Notes: generated from the sequence alone by a model not told the origin. 64,000 nucleotides of DNA from an uncultured Actinomycetes bacterium (GCA_963709345.1 CAVPVX010000011.1:192001-256000); one strand, 5' to 3'. Counted from the first letter of the stretch, positions 1 to 9,640 are shown. A program made the numbers and translations.

Positions 1-1
1 G

Positions 2-91
2 ATCATCGCCGCGGTGTACGTGGTCGCCAACCTGACGGCCGACATCCTCACGATCCTCGTCAGCCCACGACTCAGGACGGGCCTGCGATGA
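2..91 (+). CDS. ABC peptide/nickel-type permease (DppB/OppB-like), 3' end only
   Basis: Frame reads IIAAVYVVANLTADILTILVSPRLRTGLR*, the typical DppB C-terminus; its TGA overlaps the next ATG (ATGA). Confidence 0.85.
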   Translation: MIAAVYVVANLTADILTILVSPRLRTGLR

Positions 92-1011
92 GCACTCCAG
101 AGATGAGAGTGACCGACTCGGAGCTCGTCGAGCCGCCGGTCGTGCACGCCGACAACCGGCCCTCCGAGTGGCTCATGATGCTGCGCGAGGCGTGGCGCAT
201 GGGCCGCACCAAGATCGGCGTCGGCATCTTCGCGATCATCGTCCTCATCGCCGTCGTCGGCCCGTGGGTGGCGCCGTACTCGCCCACCGAGTTCGTCGCG
301 CCGCCGTTCTCGCCGCCCGAAGTCTCCAAGATGTGGCTGGGCAGCGACTACATCGGCCACGATGTGCTCACGCGCGTGCTCTACGGCGGCCGTACCGTCA
401 TCCTGCTCGCCCTCGCGGCCACGGTCATCGGCCTCGTCCTGGGCGTGACCCTGGGACTTGTCACCGGCTACGCGCGGCGCTGGATCGACGAGTCGATCAT
501 GCGCATCCTGGACGTCGTCCTCGCGTTCCCGCAGATCGTGCTCGCGCTGCTCTTCGTTTCGATCCTTGGGCCGAGGCTCTGGCTCATCGTGCTCATCGTC
601 GGCATTTCGCACGCGCCGCGCATCGCGCGCGTCGCGCGGGCTGCCACGCTCGAGGTCTCGCAGCGCGACTTCGTGCTCGCCGCCGAGGCCTTCGGCATCG
701 CGCGCTGGAAGATCCTCTTCAACGAGATCCTGCCGAGCATCACCAGCCCGCTGCTGGTCGAGTTCGGCCTGCGCCTCACCTACTCGATCGGTGTCATCGC
801 CGCGCTGTCGTTCCTCGGCTTCGGCATGCAGCCGCCGGCGGCCGACTGGGGCCTGATGATCAACGAGAACCGCATCGGCCTCATCATCCAGCCGTGGCCG
901 GTCGCGGTCCCCGTGATACTCATCGGCATCCTGACGATCGGCACCAACCTGATCGCGGACGGCCTCGGCCGCTCCCTGATCGGCATCGAGCGCGACACGG
1001 GGGTAGGGTGA
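88..1011 (+). CDS. ABC peptide-type permease (DppC/OppC-like)
   Basis: WLGSDYIGHDVLTRVLYGGR, EAA-type loop, ALSFLGFGMQPPAADWGLMI. Confidence 0.93.
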   Translation: MSTPEMRVTDSELVEPPVVHADNRPSEWLMMLREAWRMGRTKIGVGIFAIIVLIAVVGPWVAPYSPTEFVAPPFSPPEVSKMWLGSDYIGHDVLTRVLYGGRTVILLALAATVIGLVLGVTLGLVTGYARRWIDESIMRILDVVLAFPQIVLALLFVSILGPRLWLIVLIVGISHAPRIARVARAATLEVSQRDFVLAAEAFGIARWKILFNEILPSITSPLLVEFGLRLTYSIGVIAALSFLGFGMQPPAADWGLMINENRIGLIIQPWPVAVPVILIGILTIGTNLIADGLGRSLIGIERDTGVG

Positions 1012-2831
1012 TGGAGACCGCTACTGAGAACACCGCTGCTGCTCCGGAGCTCGAGGCCGTCCTCAAGGTCGAGGGACTGCGCATCGTCCTCGACCCCTCG
1101 GGCGTCGACATCGACGACGACATCTCGCTGGCGATCCACCGCGGCGAGGTTCTGGGGCTCGTCGGCGAGTCCGCGTCGGGCAAGACGACCGTCGGAACCA
1201 GCTTGCTCGATTACCAGCGCCGCGGCGCCAAGATCGCTGGGGGGCATGTCGAGATCGACGGCCGTGACATCCTTGCCATGGATCCCGGCACGTTGCGCAG
1301 CGTCCGCGGGGGGCAGATCAGCTATGTGCCCCAGGACTCCTCGGCGGCGCTGAACCCTGCGCTGCGCATCGGCACGCAGCTCATGGAGATCCTCGAGGTG
1401 CACGGCTTCGGCTCGTCGTCGGCGGACCGTGACGCCCGCCTTGCTCAGATGATGTCGGAGGTGCTGCTGCCGTCGGACAAGCAGTTCCTCCGCCGGTACC
1501 CGCATCAGCTCTCCGGCGGCCAGCAGCAGCGGGTCGCCATCGCCATGGCGTTCGCCAACCGGCCCAAGGTCATCGTCCTCGACGAGCCGACCACCGCCCT
1601 CGACGTGACCACCCAGGCGCACGTGCTCGACACCGTGCGCGACCTCACCAAGTCGTACGGGGTCGCGGCGCTGTACATCACCCACGACCTCGCCGTGGTC
1701 TCCAACCTCGCCGACCGCATCGCCGTCATGTACGCCGGCAGGGTGGTCGAGACGGGCACGCGCGACGAGCTGTTCGACCAGGGGCACCACCCGTACACGC
1801 GCAAGCTGCTCGCCTCGATCCCCGACATCACCGGGGAGCGCGCTCTGCGCGGCATACCCGGCTGGGCCCCCCGTCCGGGACAGCGACCCAGCGGCTGTTC
1901 CTTCACGCCGCGCTGCGACTGGGCGGTCGACAAGTGCGGGGAGCAGTTCCCGCCGGTTGAGCAGGTGAGCCCGGGGCACAACGTTCGCTGCTGGCGCTAC
2001 ACGGAGGTCGGCGCGCAGACGGCCGTGCTCGACGTCCAATTGCGCGACAAGTCGCTCTCCGCTCGTGAGACGCCGGACAAGCAGGTCATCAGCGTGCGCG
2101 ACGTGACGGCTTACTACCAGCACAAGGAGACGCTGCACGACATAAGTGCCAGTCTCAGCGAGCGCCGCTGCCTGTCGCTCGTCGGCGAGTCGGGGTCCGG
2201 CAAGACGACCTTGGCGCGCTGCATCGCCGGCCTGCACCGGCACAAGATCGTCGGCGACATCGACTTCATGGGCAAGCCCCTGGTGCGCGACGCGCGCCGC
2301 CGGCCGCGTGCGACCCGGCAGTCGATCCAGTACATCTTCCAGAGCCCCTACAGCTCGCTCAACCCGCGCAAGACGATCGCCCAGATCCTCTCGCAGCCGC
2401 TGAAGGTCTTCTTCGACCTCTCGCGCGACGAGATGGAGGATCGGATGGTGAAGGCGCTCGAGCAGGTGGCGCTCGACTCCTCTCTGCTGAGCCGCTACCC
2501 GGACCAGCTCTCCGGCGGCGAGCGCCAGCGTTTGGCCATCGCCCGCAGCCTGGCAGCCGAGCCCACGGTGCTGATCTGCGATGAGGTGACCTCGTGGCTG
2601 GACGTCTCCGTGCAGGCGGCGATCATCGAGCTGCTGGCGGCGCTGCAGCGCGACATGGGTCTCTCGATGCTGTTCGTGACCCACAACCTGGCGCTGGTGC
2701 GCAGCATCTCGCAGGAGGTCGCGGTGATGAACGAGGGCCGCATCGTCGAGTACGGGCTCGTCGACGCGGTGCTCGAAGACCCGCAGGCTGACTACACCAG
2801 GAAACTGCTGTCGGACACACCGACGGTGTAG
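1011..2831 (+). CDS. ABC peptide-type ATP-binding protein with two fused ATPase domains (DppD/F)
   Basis: ATG at 1011 overlaps the upstream stop; two Walker A motifs (GESASGKT, GESGSGKT), two LSGG signatures, Cys-rich oligopeptide-ABC segment. Confidence 0.93.
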   Translation: METATENTAAAPELEAVLKVEGLRIVLDPSGVDIDDDISLAIHRGEVLGLVGESASGKTTVGTSLLDYQRRGAKIAGGHVEIDGRDILAMDPGTLRSVRGGQISYVPQDSSAALNPALRIGTQLMEILEVHGFGSSSADRDARLAQMMSEVLLPSDKQFLRRYPHQLSGGQQQRVAIAMAFANRPKVIVLDEPTTALDVTTQAHVLDTVRDLTKSYGVAALYITHDLAVVSNLADRIAVMYAGRVVETGTRDELFDQGHHPYTRKLLASIPDITGERALRGIPGWAPRPGQRPSGCSFTPRCDWAVDKCGEQFPPVEQVSPGHNVRCWRYTEVGAQTAVLDVQLRDKSLSARETPDKQVISVRDVTAYYQHKETLHDISASLSERRCLSLVGESGSGKTTLARCIAGLHRHKIVGDIDFMGKPLVRDARRRPRATRQSIQYIFQSPYSSLNPRKTIAQILSQPLKVFFDLSRDEMEDRMVKALEQVALDSSLLSRYPDQLSGGERQRLAIARSLAAEPTVLICDEVTSWLDVSVQAAIIELLAALQRDMGLSMLFVTHNLALVRSISQEVAVMNEGRIVEYGLVDAVLEDPQADYTRKLLSDTPTV

Positions 2832-2843
2832 GTGGGCTCGGCG

Positions 2844-2869
2844 GGCGGGCGGACGCAACTCCGCCCGCC
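2844..2869 (+). terminator. GC-rich hairpin after the ABC operon
   Basis: GGCGGGCGGA-CGCAAC-TCCGCCCGCC; no clear U-tract. Confidence 0.4.
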
Positions 2870-2996
2870 GCCGGATCGCCTTCTCTCGTCGCACCCTGCC
2901 GCCGGTCGTGCCGGCTTCGCGGCTCCTCCGGCGCACGGAGTCCTACAGCGATCGGACCAACGGAATCGACCCAAGCATGAAGATCGGAGGAGGCCC

Positions 2997-4448
2997 GTGC
3001 GTGCGCACATGACCTGGCTGGACGAGACCGAGAAGCGGTCGTTCGTCGAAGAGGCGCTGGGCATCCTCGAGCGCGTGGGCGTCGAGCTCAAGGGGTCGGC
3101 GGCGCTGACCGTCCTCGCGGACCTCGGGGCGGACGTCGATCTCGCCACCGGGATCGTGCGTTTTCCGCCCGACCTGGTGCTGCGCGCCGTCGAGGCGTGC
3201 CCGCGCCGGGTGCTCTTCGCCGGGTCGTCGCCCGAGCACGACGTGGCGCTGGACGAGGGAGAGCCGGCGCACTTCTGCTCGTCGGGCTGCGCCGCGTTCG
3301 TGCTCGACCACGAGACGGGCAGCAGGCGTCCCTCGACGCTGACCGACCTGCAGGCGGCGACGATCCTGCTCGACGAAGTTCCCGAAGTCGACGTCCTGTG
3401 GACGACGATCACGGCCGGCGACGTGCCGGTCGAGATCCGCGAGCTGGTCGTCTGCTACGTGGTGCTCACCGAGACGCGCAAGCACGTCACGCTCGTCGAC
3501 AGCCCCTCGCAAGCCGAGCCGTTGCTGCGCATCATGGACGTGGTCTCGGGAGACGCCGAGGCGTTCCGGGAGCGGCCGCGGTTCAGCACGCTGCTCACCG
3601 CGGCGTCTCCGCTCCGCATCGACGGGCCGCTTCTCGACTTCCACGCGGCCACGGCGCGGCGCGGGGCGCCCGTCGAGGTCTACACAGTGCCCATGGCTGG
3701 AGCCACGTCGCCGGTGACGCCGGCCGGGACCGTCGTGCAGGGTCTGGCCGAGTTCCTGGCGATCGCGACCGCCCTGCAGGCGCTGGCTCCGGGGGCCCGG
3801 GTCGTCATGGGAGTCTCGGGCTCCATCATGGACATGCGTTCCGCGGGGGTCTCGTACGCAGCGCCGGAATGCACGCTGATGAACGTCGCCTGCGTGGAGC
3901 TCGCGCATCACCTGGGAGTGCCTGCGGCCGTTCCGGGCCTCGCGACCGACGCCAAGTACGCCGGCGTGCAGGCGGGGTATGAGAAGGCGCTCAAAGGCCT
4001 CGCGACGGCCGGCGTGGGCGCCGACGTGCTGAGCGGCGGCGTGGGCATGATCGACTCGGTCAACACGCTGTTCCTGCCCCAGATCGTCCTGGACGCGGAG
4101 GTGGCCGGAATGATCCGCCGCGTGCTCGGCGACGTCGCCACCGGGCGCGACGACATGATGGTGGAGATGATCGAGCGGGTGGGCATCGGCGGCGACTTTC
4201 TCAAGGAGAAGGAGACCGCCCGGCGGCTGCGCGCCGGCGAGCACTTCGCCCCCGCGATCTCGTCACGCCAGGCCTACGACCAGTGGGTCGGCGACGGGCG
4301 CGACGAGGTGGCTCGGGCGAGGGAGCGCATGGATGCGCTCTTCGCCGCCCGGGCCGAGCGCGGCCGGATGCTCCATGAGGAGACCCGGGCCGAGCTCGCC
4401 GCCGTCTGCGGGGTGACCGCGGAGATGGAGCTCGCGCTCGGCCACTGA
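2997..4448 (+). CDS. Trimethylamine:corrinoid methyltransferase (MttB) superfamily, non-pyrrolysine
   Basis: GTG after GGAGGAGG; SPL...MAGATSPVTPAGT, PGLATDAKYAGVQAGYEK, VGIGGDFL motifs; no in-frame amber codon. Confidence 0.9.
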   Translation: MRAHMTWLDETEKRSFVEEALGILERVGVELKGSAALTVLADLGADVDLATGIVRFPPDLVLRAVEACPRRVLFAGSSPEHDVALDEGEPAHFCSSGCAAFVLDHETGSRRPSTLTDLQAATILLDEVPEVDVLWTTITAGDVPVEIRELVVCYVVLTETRKHVTLVDSPSQAEPLLRIMDVVSGDAEAFRERPRFSTLLTAASPLRIDGPLLDFHAATARRGAPVEVYTVPMAGATSPVTPAGTVVQGLAEFLAIATALQALAPGARVVMGVSGSIMDMRSAGVSYAAPECTLMNVACVELAHHLGVPAAVPGLATDAKYAGVQAGYEKALKGLATAGVGADVLSGGVGMIDSVNTLFLPQIVLDAEVAGMIRRVLGDVATGRDDMMVEMIERVGIGGDFLKEKETARRLRAGEHFAPAISSRQAYDQWVGDGRDEVARARERMDALFAARAERGRMLHEETRAELAAVCGVTAEMELALGH

Positions 4449-4514
4449 CCGGCGGCATCCGCGTCGGCTCGGTGGACGCTGCCGGCGGGCGGCCGCGGCG
4501 CAGCGGGGACCATG

Positions 4515-4557
4515 TTGACACCTGGACGGGGAGCCCTTAGGTTTCCACCTGGGTGGA
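4515..4557 (+). promoter_or_regulatory. Sigma70-type promoter with an adjacent palindromic operator candidate
   Basis: TTGACA(4515)-N17-TAGGTT(4538), followed by TCCACC-TG-GGTGGA (4544-4557). Confidence 0.65.
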
Positions 4558-4579
4558 TACCGCAGGAGAGGAAGGAAGC

Positions 4580-5953
4580 ATGGCAGAGCAGGATCCGGCC
4601 GTGGCCGGGGGGGTCAAGGAGGAGTTTCTCGAGCAGCACCTCTGGCCGCCGTTCACGCAGATGCAGAACCTCAAGCCCATCGTGATGGAGCGAGCCGAGG
4701 GCGCGCTCGTCTGGGACAGCGACGGCAACGAGTACATCGACGCGTTCGCCAGCCTCTGGACGGTCAACGTTGGTCACGGCCGCACCGAGATCCACGACGC
4801 CATCAAGGCGCAGATGGAGAAGCTCTCCATCTACCACATCTTCCAGATCGCCAACGAGCCCGCGGTCAAGCTCGCGAACAAGGTCGCCCAACTGGCGCCC
4901 GGCGACCTCGACCACGTGTTCCTCACGCTCGGCGGCGGGGAGTCGGTCGAGACCGCCGTCAAGATGGTGCGCCAGTACTGGCGCAACAAGGGCAAGGGCA
5001 CCAAGTACATGGTCATGTTCCGCGACCGCTCGTACCACGGCACGACCATGACCAGCACCAGCGCCCAGGGCCTCACCGTGAACCGCGCCAAGTTCGAGCC
5101 CATGCTCCCGGGCTTCATCAAGCTCGGCGCTCCCTACTGCTACCGCTGTGCCTGGAACAAGACCTACGGTGAAGACTGCAAGATGGAGTGCGCGAAGCAG
5201 GTCGAGACGGAGATCGACTTCTACGGCCCCGAGAACGTCGGCACCATGCTCGGCGAGACCATGATCGGCACCGGCGGCGTGATCCCGCCGCCGCCGGAGT
5301 ACTGGCCGATGGTCAACGACATCTGCAGGGCGAACGACGTCCTCGTGATCAACGACGAGGTCATCACCGGCTTCGGTCGCAGCGGCACCTGGTTCGGCTT
5401 CGAGCAGTTCGGCTCGAACCCCGACCTCGTCACGCTCGCCAAGGGCCTCTCGAGCGGCTACCTGCCGCTCGGCGCGGTGCTCGCGCGCGACCACGTCTAC
5501 GAGGCGTTCCTCGGCGGCCCCGCCGAGGCGTTCATGAGCGGCGCCACCTACATGGGGCACCCACTGTGCTGCGCCGCCGGCGTCGCCAACCTCGAGATCA
5601 TCGAGCGCGAGAAGCTGGTCGAGCGCTGCGCCGAGGTGGGAGCGTATATGCAGGAGGGGCTCGCCACACTGCTCAAGCACCCCATCGTCGGCGACGTGCG
5701 CGGCGTCGGCCTCGTCGCCGGCATCGAGTACGTGCAGGACAAGGAGACGCGCGAGTGGTTCGCGCCGGCGCAGGGCGTCGCCGCCAAGATCCGCGACGAG
5801 GCCTTCAAGCGCGGCGTCTTCGTGCGTCTGCTGGGGGGCGGCCACGTGACCGCGGTCGCGCCGCCGTTCATCATCAGCAAGGAGCAGATCGACACCGTCG
5901 TCGGCGCCCTCGACGAGTCCATCGGCGTCGTCGAGAAGCAACTCGGTTACTGA
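4580..5953 (+). CDS. Class III PLP aminotransferase (omega-amine/putrescine:pyruvate-like)
   Basis: LWTVNVGHGR, GGESVETA, SYHGTT, DEVITGFGRSG, TLAKGLSSGYLPL with the PLP lysine. Confidence 0.93.
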   Translation: MAEQDPAVAGGVKEEFLEQHLWPPFTQMQNLKPIVMERAEGALVWDSDGNEYIDAFASLWTVNVGHGRTEIHDAIKAQMEKLSIYHIFQIANEPAVKLANKVAQLAPGDLDHVFLTLGGGESVETAVKMVRQYWRNKGKGTKYMVMFRDRSYHGTTMTSTSAQGLTVNRAKFEPMLPGFIKLGAPYCYRCAWNKTYGEDCKMECAKQVETEIDFYGPENVGTMLGETMIGTGGVIPPPPEYWPMVNDICRANDVLVINDEVITGFGRSGTWFGFEQFGSNPDLVTLAKGLSSGYLPLGAVLARDHVYEAFLGGPAEAFMSGATYMGHPLCCAAGVANLEIIEREKLVERCAEVGAYMQEGLATLLKHPIVGDVRGVGLVAGIEYVQDKETREWFAPAQGVAAKIRDEAFKRGVFVRLLGGGHVTAVAPPFIISKEQIDTVVGALDESIGVVEKQLGY

Positions 5954-5984
5954 CCGCTCACAGCGAACCGCAAGGAGCACGACA

Positions 5985-7004
5985 ATGGCAAAGCCCAGAG
6001 TAGGTGTGGTCGGCTACGGCGTCATCGGTCAGCGTCTGGCCGACGGCGTCGCCCTGCAGGAGGACATGGAGCTCGTCGGCGTCGTCGACGTGGCCCCGAC
6101 GCTCTCGACGAGGGCTCTCTGCGAGTCCGGCATGCCCTACGACCTGTACGTCGTCGAGGCGGGCCAGAAGGCCGCCTTCGACGCGGCCGGCATTCCCGTG
6201 AGCGGCACCATGGACGACCTGCTTGGCAAGGTCGACATCGTGCTCGACTCCTCGCCCGGCGGCGTCGGCCGCAAGAACAAGGAGCTCTACCAGGCGAAGG
6301 GCGTCAAGGCGATCTTCCAGGGCGGCGAGACGAACGACATCGTCGACGTCTTCTTCCACGGCTACGCCAATTACGAGAAGGGCGTCGGCAAGGACTACCT
6401 CAAGCTGACGAGCTGCAATACGACGGGCCTCATTCGCGCCGTCGACTGCCTCGACCGCGAGGTCGGCGTGGAGCGCGTGATCGTCACCATCGTGCGCCGC
6501 GTCGCCGACCCGGGCGACACGCACCGCGGCCTCGTCGACGTGGCCCAGGTGGAGCCGGTGCCGAACCATCAGGCGCTCGACCTCATGACGATCATGCCGC
6601 ACATCGAGGCCACCGGCCTGCTCGTGCACGTGCCGACCACGCACGGCCACATCATCAACGTCATCGCCACCACCAAGGGCGACATCAGCAAGGAGCGGGC
6701 GCTCGAGCTCTTCGAAGCCCACCCGCGCATCCGCAACGTCAAGATCGCCGACGGCTTCAACAGCAACTCGGCGCTCTTCCGCTACGCCCGTGAGCTCGGC
6801 AACAAGCGCGCCGACATGTACGACATCGCCGTGTTCGACGAGACCATCGCCAAGAGCGGCCGCGAGTTCATGTTCGCGATCAACATCCCGCAGGAGGCGG
6901 TCGTCATCCCCGAGACCGTCGACGGCATCCGCGCCGCGCTCTCCCTGCAGACCGACCGCCTTGAGGCCGTGGGCCTCACCAACACGTACCTCGGGCTCGC
7001 CTGA
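5985..7004 (+). CDS. Type II (archaeal-type) phosphorylating glyceraldehyde-3-phosphate dehydrogenase-like protein
   Basis: GYGVIGQRLADGVALQEDM, IFQGGE, catalytic SCNTTGL, RRVADP, QEAVVIPETVDGIRA. Confidence 0.9.
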   Translation: MAKPRVGVVGYGVIGQRLADGVALQEDMELVGVVDVAPTLSTRALCESGMPYDLYVVEAGQKAAFDAAGIPVSGTMDDLLGKVDIVLDSSPGGVGRKNKELYQAKGVKAIFQGGETNDIVDVFFHGYANYEKGVGKDYLKLTSCNTTGLIRAVDCLDREVGVERVIVTIVRRVADPGDTHRGLVDVAQVEPVPNHQALDLMTIMPHIEATGLLVHVPTTHGHIINVIATTKGDISKERALELFEAHPRIRNVKIADGFNSNSALFRYARELGNKRADMYDIAVFDETIAKSGREFMFAINIPQEAVVIPETVDGIRAALSLQTDRLEAVGLTNTYLGLA

Positions 7005-7052
7005 GCGGCACGGACTGACGGCACAAGCGGCTCGGGGAGGCGAGAGGCGCAG

Positions 7053-8303
7053 GTGAAGTACGGCATCCACACCCTGGATGACTTCGAGTGGGGCGGCAAG
7101 GTCGTGCTCTGCCGGGTCGACATCAACGCGCCGCTCGACCCCGAGACGGGGGGGCTGCGCGACGTCACCCGGCTGGAGGGTTGCGCGCCGACGGTCCGCG
7201 AGCTGGCGGAGGCCGGCGCCAGGGTCGTGCTCCTCGCCCACCAGGGCGGCGACCTCGAGTACCACAACTACGCGACGACCGAGAAGCACGCGCCGGTGGT
7301 GAGCGAGCTGACCAGGCGCCCCGTCGCCTTCATCGACGACGTCTGCGGGCCGGCCGCGCGCGAGGCCATCGGCCGGCTCGCGGACGGCGACGTCCTCCTG
7401 CTCGACAACGTGCGCTTCTGCGCCGAGGAGCTGACTCTCTTCGAGCGCAAACTCGACCTCTCGCCCGAGCAGCAGGCGAAGACGCTGGTGGTGCGCAAGC
7501 TGGCGCCGCTCGCCGACCTCTACGTGTGCGACGCATTTGCCGCCGCGCACCGCTCGCAGCCCACCCTGGTCGGCTTCGAGCAGCTCCTTCTGTCGGCCAT
7601 GGGCCGGCTTTTCGAGCGCGAGTACTCCAACCTTGCGCGTCTGCGCGCCGAGCCGGCGCGCCCGTGCGTGTTCGTGCTCGGCGGGACGAAGATCCAGGAG
7701 GCCTTCCCGATGATGGCAGCCGCTCTGCGCGACGGCATGGTCGACACCGTCCTCGCCGCCGGCGTCGTCGCGAACGTCATGCTCGCCGCCAAAGGCGTCG
7801 ACATAGGCGAGCCGTCCCTGGAGTTCATCAGGGCCGGCCAGCTGGAGAGGTTCATCGAGGAGTCGAAGGCGATCCTGGCCGATCACGGCGACAAGGTCGT
7901 GCTGCCCGCCGACGTCGCCTGCGTGAAGGCCGGCGGCCGCGTCGAGCTGGCGTCGGCCGATCTGCCCGTGGACGCGCAGCTCGTCGACATAGGCCACCGG
8001 GCCGTCGACGAGTACCGGCGGCGCATCGCCGCCGCCGGCACGGTGTTCGCCAACGGCCCGGCCGGCGTCTTCGAGCAGCCCGAGACCGAGTACGGCACGC
8101 GCTCGCTCTGGAAGGCGATGGCGACCACCGCCGGCTTCAGCGCCCTGGGCGGCGGCGACTCCGTCGCCGCCATGAACCGCTTCGGCCTCGCCGGCCGCTT
8201 CGACTACGTCTGCACGGCCGGCGGCGCCATGGTCCAGTTCCTCAGCGGCAAGCCGATGCCCGTGATCGAGGCGCTCAAGGCCTCGGCTGCGCGCTTCGCA
8301 TGA
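7053..8303 (+). CDS. Phosphoglycerate kinase-like protein (archaeal-like)
   Basis: RVDINAP, LLDNVRF, DAFAAAHRSQ, LGGTK, NGPAGVFE, GGGDS, TAGGA. Confidence 0.9.
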   Translation: MKYGIHTLDDFEWGGKVVLCRVDINAPLDPETGGLRDVTRLEGCAPTVRELAEAGARVVLLAHQGGDLEYHNYATTEKHAPVVSELTRRPVAFIDDVCGPAAREAIGRLADGDVLLLDNVRFCAEELTLFERKLDLSPEQQAKTLVVRKLAPLADLYVCDAFAAAHRSQPTLVGFEQLLLSAMGRLFEREYSNLARLRAEPARPCVFVLGGTKIQEAFPMMAAALRDGMVDTVLAAGVVANVMLAAKGVDIGEPSLEFIRAGQLERFIEESKAILADHGDKVVLPADVACVKAGGRVELASADLPVDAQLVDIGHRAVDEYRRRIAAAGTVFANGPAGVFEQPETEYGTRSLWKAMATTAGFSALGGGDSVAAMNRFGLAGRFDYVCTAGGAMVQFLSGKPMPVIEALKASAARFA

Positions 8304-9574
8304 AGCTGACGATCCCCTACGGCGACGGGGAACTGCCGTTCGAGTTGCCCGATGCCTGCCTGATGGACGTCGTACGCCCCGGCTGCGGCCTCGGGGAGGA
8401 GGCGGACCCGCCGACGGCGCCCTCCGCCGCCGAGGAGCAGGCGGAGATACGGCGTGCCCTGGCGGAGCCCGTCGGCACGCCGCCGCTCGCCGAGCTGGCG
8501 GCCGGGGCGGGCAGCGCGGCCGTCGTCGTCAGCGACGTCACGCGGCCATGCCCCTCGTATCGCTTTCTGCCGGCCCTGCTCGCCGAGCTGGCGCCGATCG
8601 CGCCGGAGCGCGTCAGCATCCTCTTCGCGCTCGGCGGTCATCGCGCCCACACGCACGAGGAGCAGGTGCGACTGGTCGGCGAGGAGGTGGCCGCGAGCGG
8701 CGTCCGCCTCCTCGACCTCGACCCGGCGCGCTGCGTGCCGGTCGGCACGACCTCGCGGGGCACGCGCCTCGAGGTCTTCAAGCCGTATCTGGACGCCGAC
8801 CTGCGCGTGTGCACCGGCAACATCGAGTACCACTACTTCGCCGGGTTCAGCGGCGGGGCCAAGGCCGTGGTGCCGGGTCTGTGCTCCTACGCCGCCATCA
8901 GCGACAACCACAGCATGATGCTGGCGCCGGCGGCGAGGGCCGGGGTCATGGACGGCAACCCGGTGCGCGAGGACATCGACGAGGCCGGCGGCATGATCGG
9001 CATCGACTCCATCTTCAACGTGCTGCTCGACGAGGACAAGCGCATCATCGGCGCTGTGGCCGGGCACCATCTGGAGGCTCACAGGGTGGGGGCGGCAGCG
9101 TACGACCGGCGCTGCGACCTGCGCATCCCCGCGCCTGCCGACATCGTGATCGCTTCGCCCGGGGGCAGACCCAAGGACATGAATCTCTACCAGGCGCAGA
9201 AGACGCTCGACAACGTGGGCGGCGCGGTCCGTGACGGAGGCGTCGTGATCCTCGTGGCGCGCTGCCGTGAGGGATTCGGTCAATCGGTCTTCGAGGATTG
9301 GATGCGCGGCATGGGCTCGCCGCAGGCGCTCATCGACAGGATCCGGGAGGAGTTCGTCCTCGGCGGCCACAAGGCGGCGGCGATCGCCGGGCTGCTCGCC
9401 CGGGCGCGCGTCTATCTGGTCTCGGAGTTCCCGGACGATGTGGTCGAGAGCATGTGCATGCGGCCCTTCGCCACCGTCGACGGCGCCGTGCGGGCCGCCC
9501 TTGCCGAGGTCGGCGCCGACGCTCGCAGCCTCGTCGTGCCGCACGGCAGCCGGGTCACGGCCGGGACCGCGTAG
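8300..9574 (+). CDS. larA: Nickel-pincer LarA-family 2-hydroxy acid racemase/epimerase
   Basis: ATGA-coupled to PGK; SDVTRP, GGHR, HYFAGFSGGAK, DNH, NLYQAQK catalytic and cofactor motifs. Confidence 0.9.
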   Translation: MKLTIPYGDGELPFELPDACLMDVVRPGCGLGEEADPPTAPSAAEEQAEIRRALAEPVGTPPLAELAAGAGSAAVVVSDVTRPCPSYRFLPALLAELAPIAPERVSILFALGGHRAHTHEEQVRLVGEEVAASGVRLLDLDPARCVPVGTTSRGTRLEVFKPYLDADLRVCTGNIEYHYFAGFSGGAKAVVPGLCSYAAISDNHSMMLAPAARAGVMDGNPVREDIDEAGGMIGIDSIFNVLLDEDKRIIGAVAGHHLEAHRVGAAAYDRRCDLRIPAPADIVIASPGGRPKDMNLYQAQKTLDNVGGAVRDGGVVILVARCREGFGQSVFEDWMRGMGSPQALIDRIREEFVLGGHKAAAIAGLLARARVYLVSEFPDDVVESMCMRPFATVDGAVRAALAEVGADARSLVVPHGSRVTAGTA

Positions 9575-9640
9575 TCGCGCCGGTGGAGCGGCCGGGCGCG
9601 GTGGCGCGCCCGTGCCGGCGCCCCGGGTCCGAGACGAGAA

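Noticed and set aside
780-2936. Long antisense or alternate-frame ORFs (also 4274-5980, 5958-7997, 39565-42648, 45251-46987)
   Set aside because: Shadow ORFs of high-GC coding sequence; the opposite frame has clear family motifs
2997-4448. Pyrrolysine-containing TMA methyltransferase
   Set aside because: No in-frame TAG; the Pyl-equivalent position lies in the sense-coded GLATDAK
7088-9574. 828-aa ORF suggesting an extended LarA (similarly 168-2831 and 9734-12229)
   Set aside because: The N-terminal extensions are out-of-frame reads of the upstream genes; real starts are at 8300, 1011 and 10948
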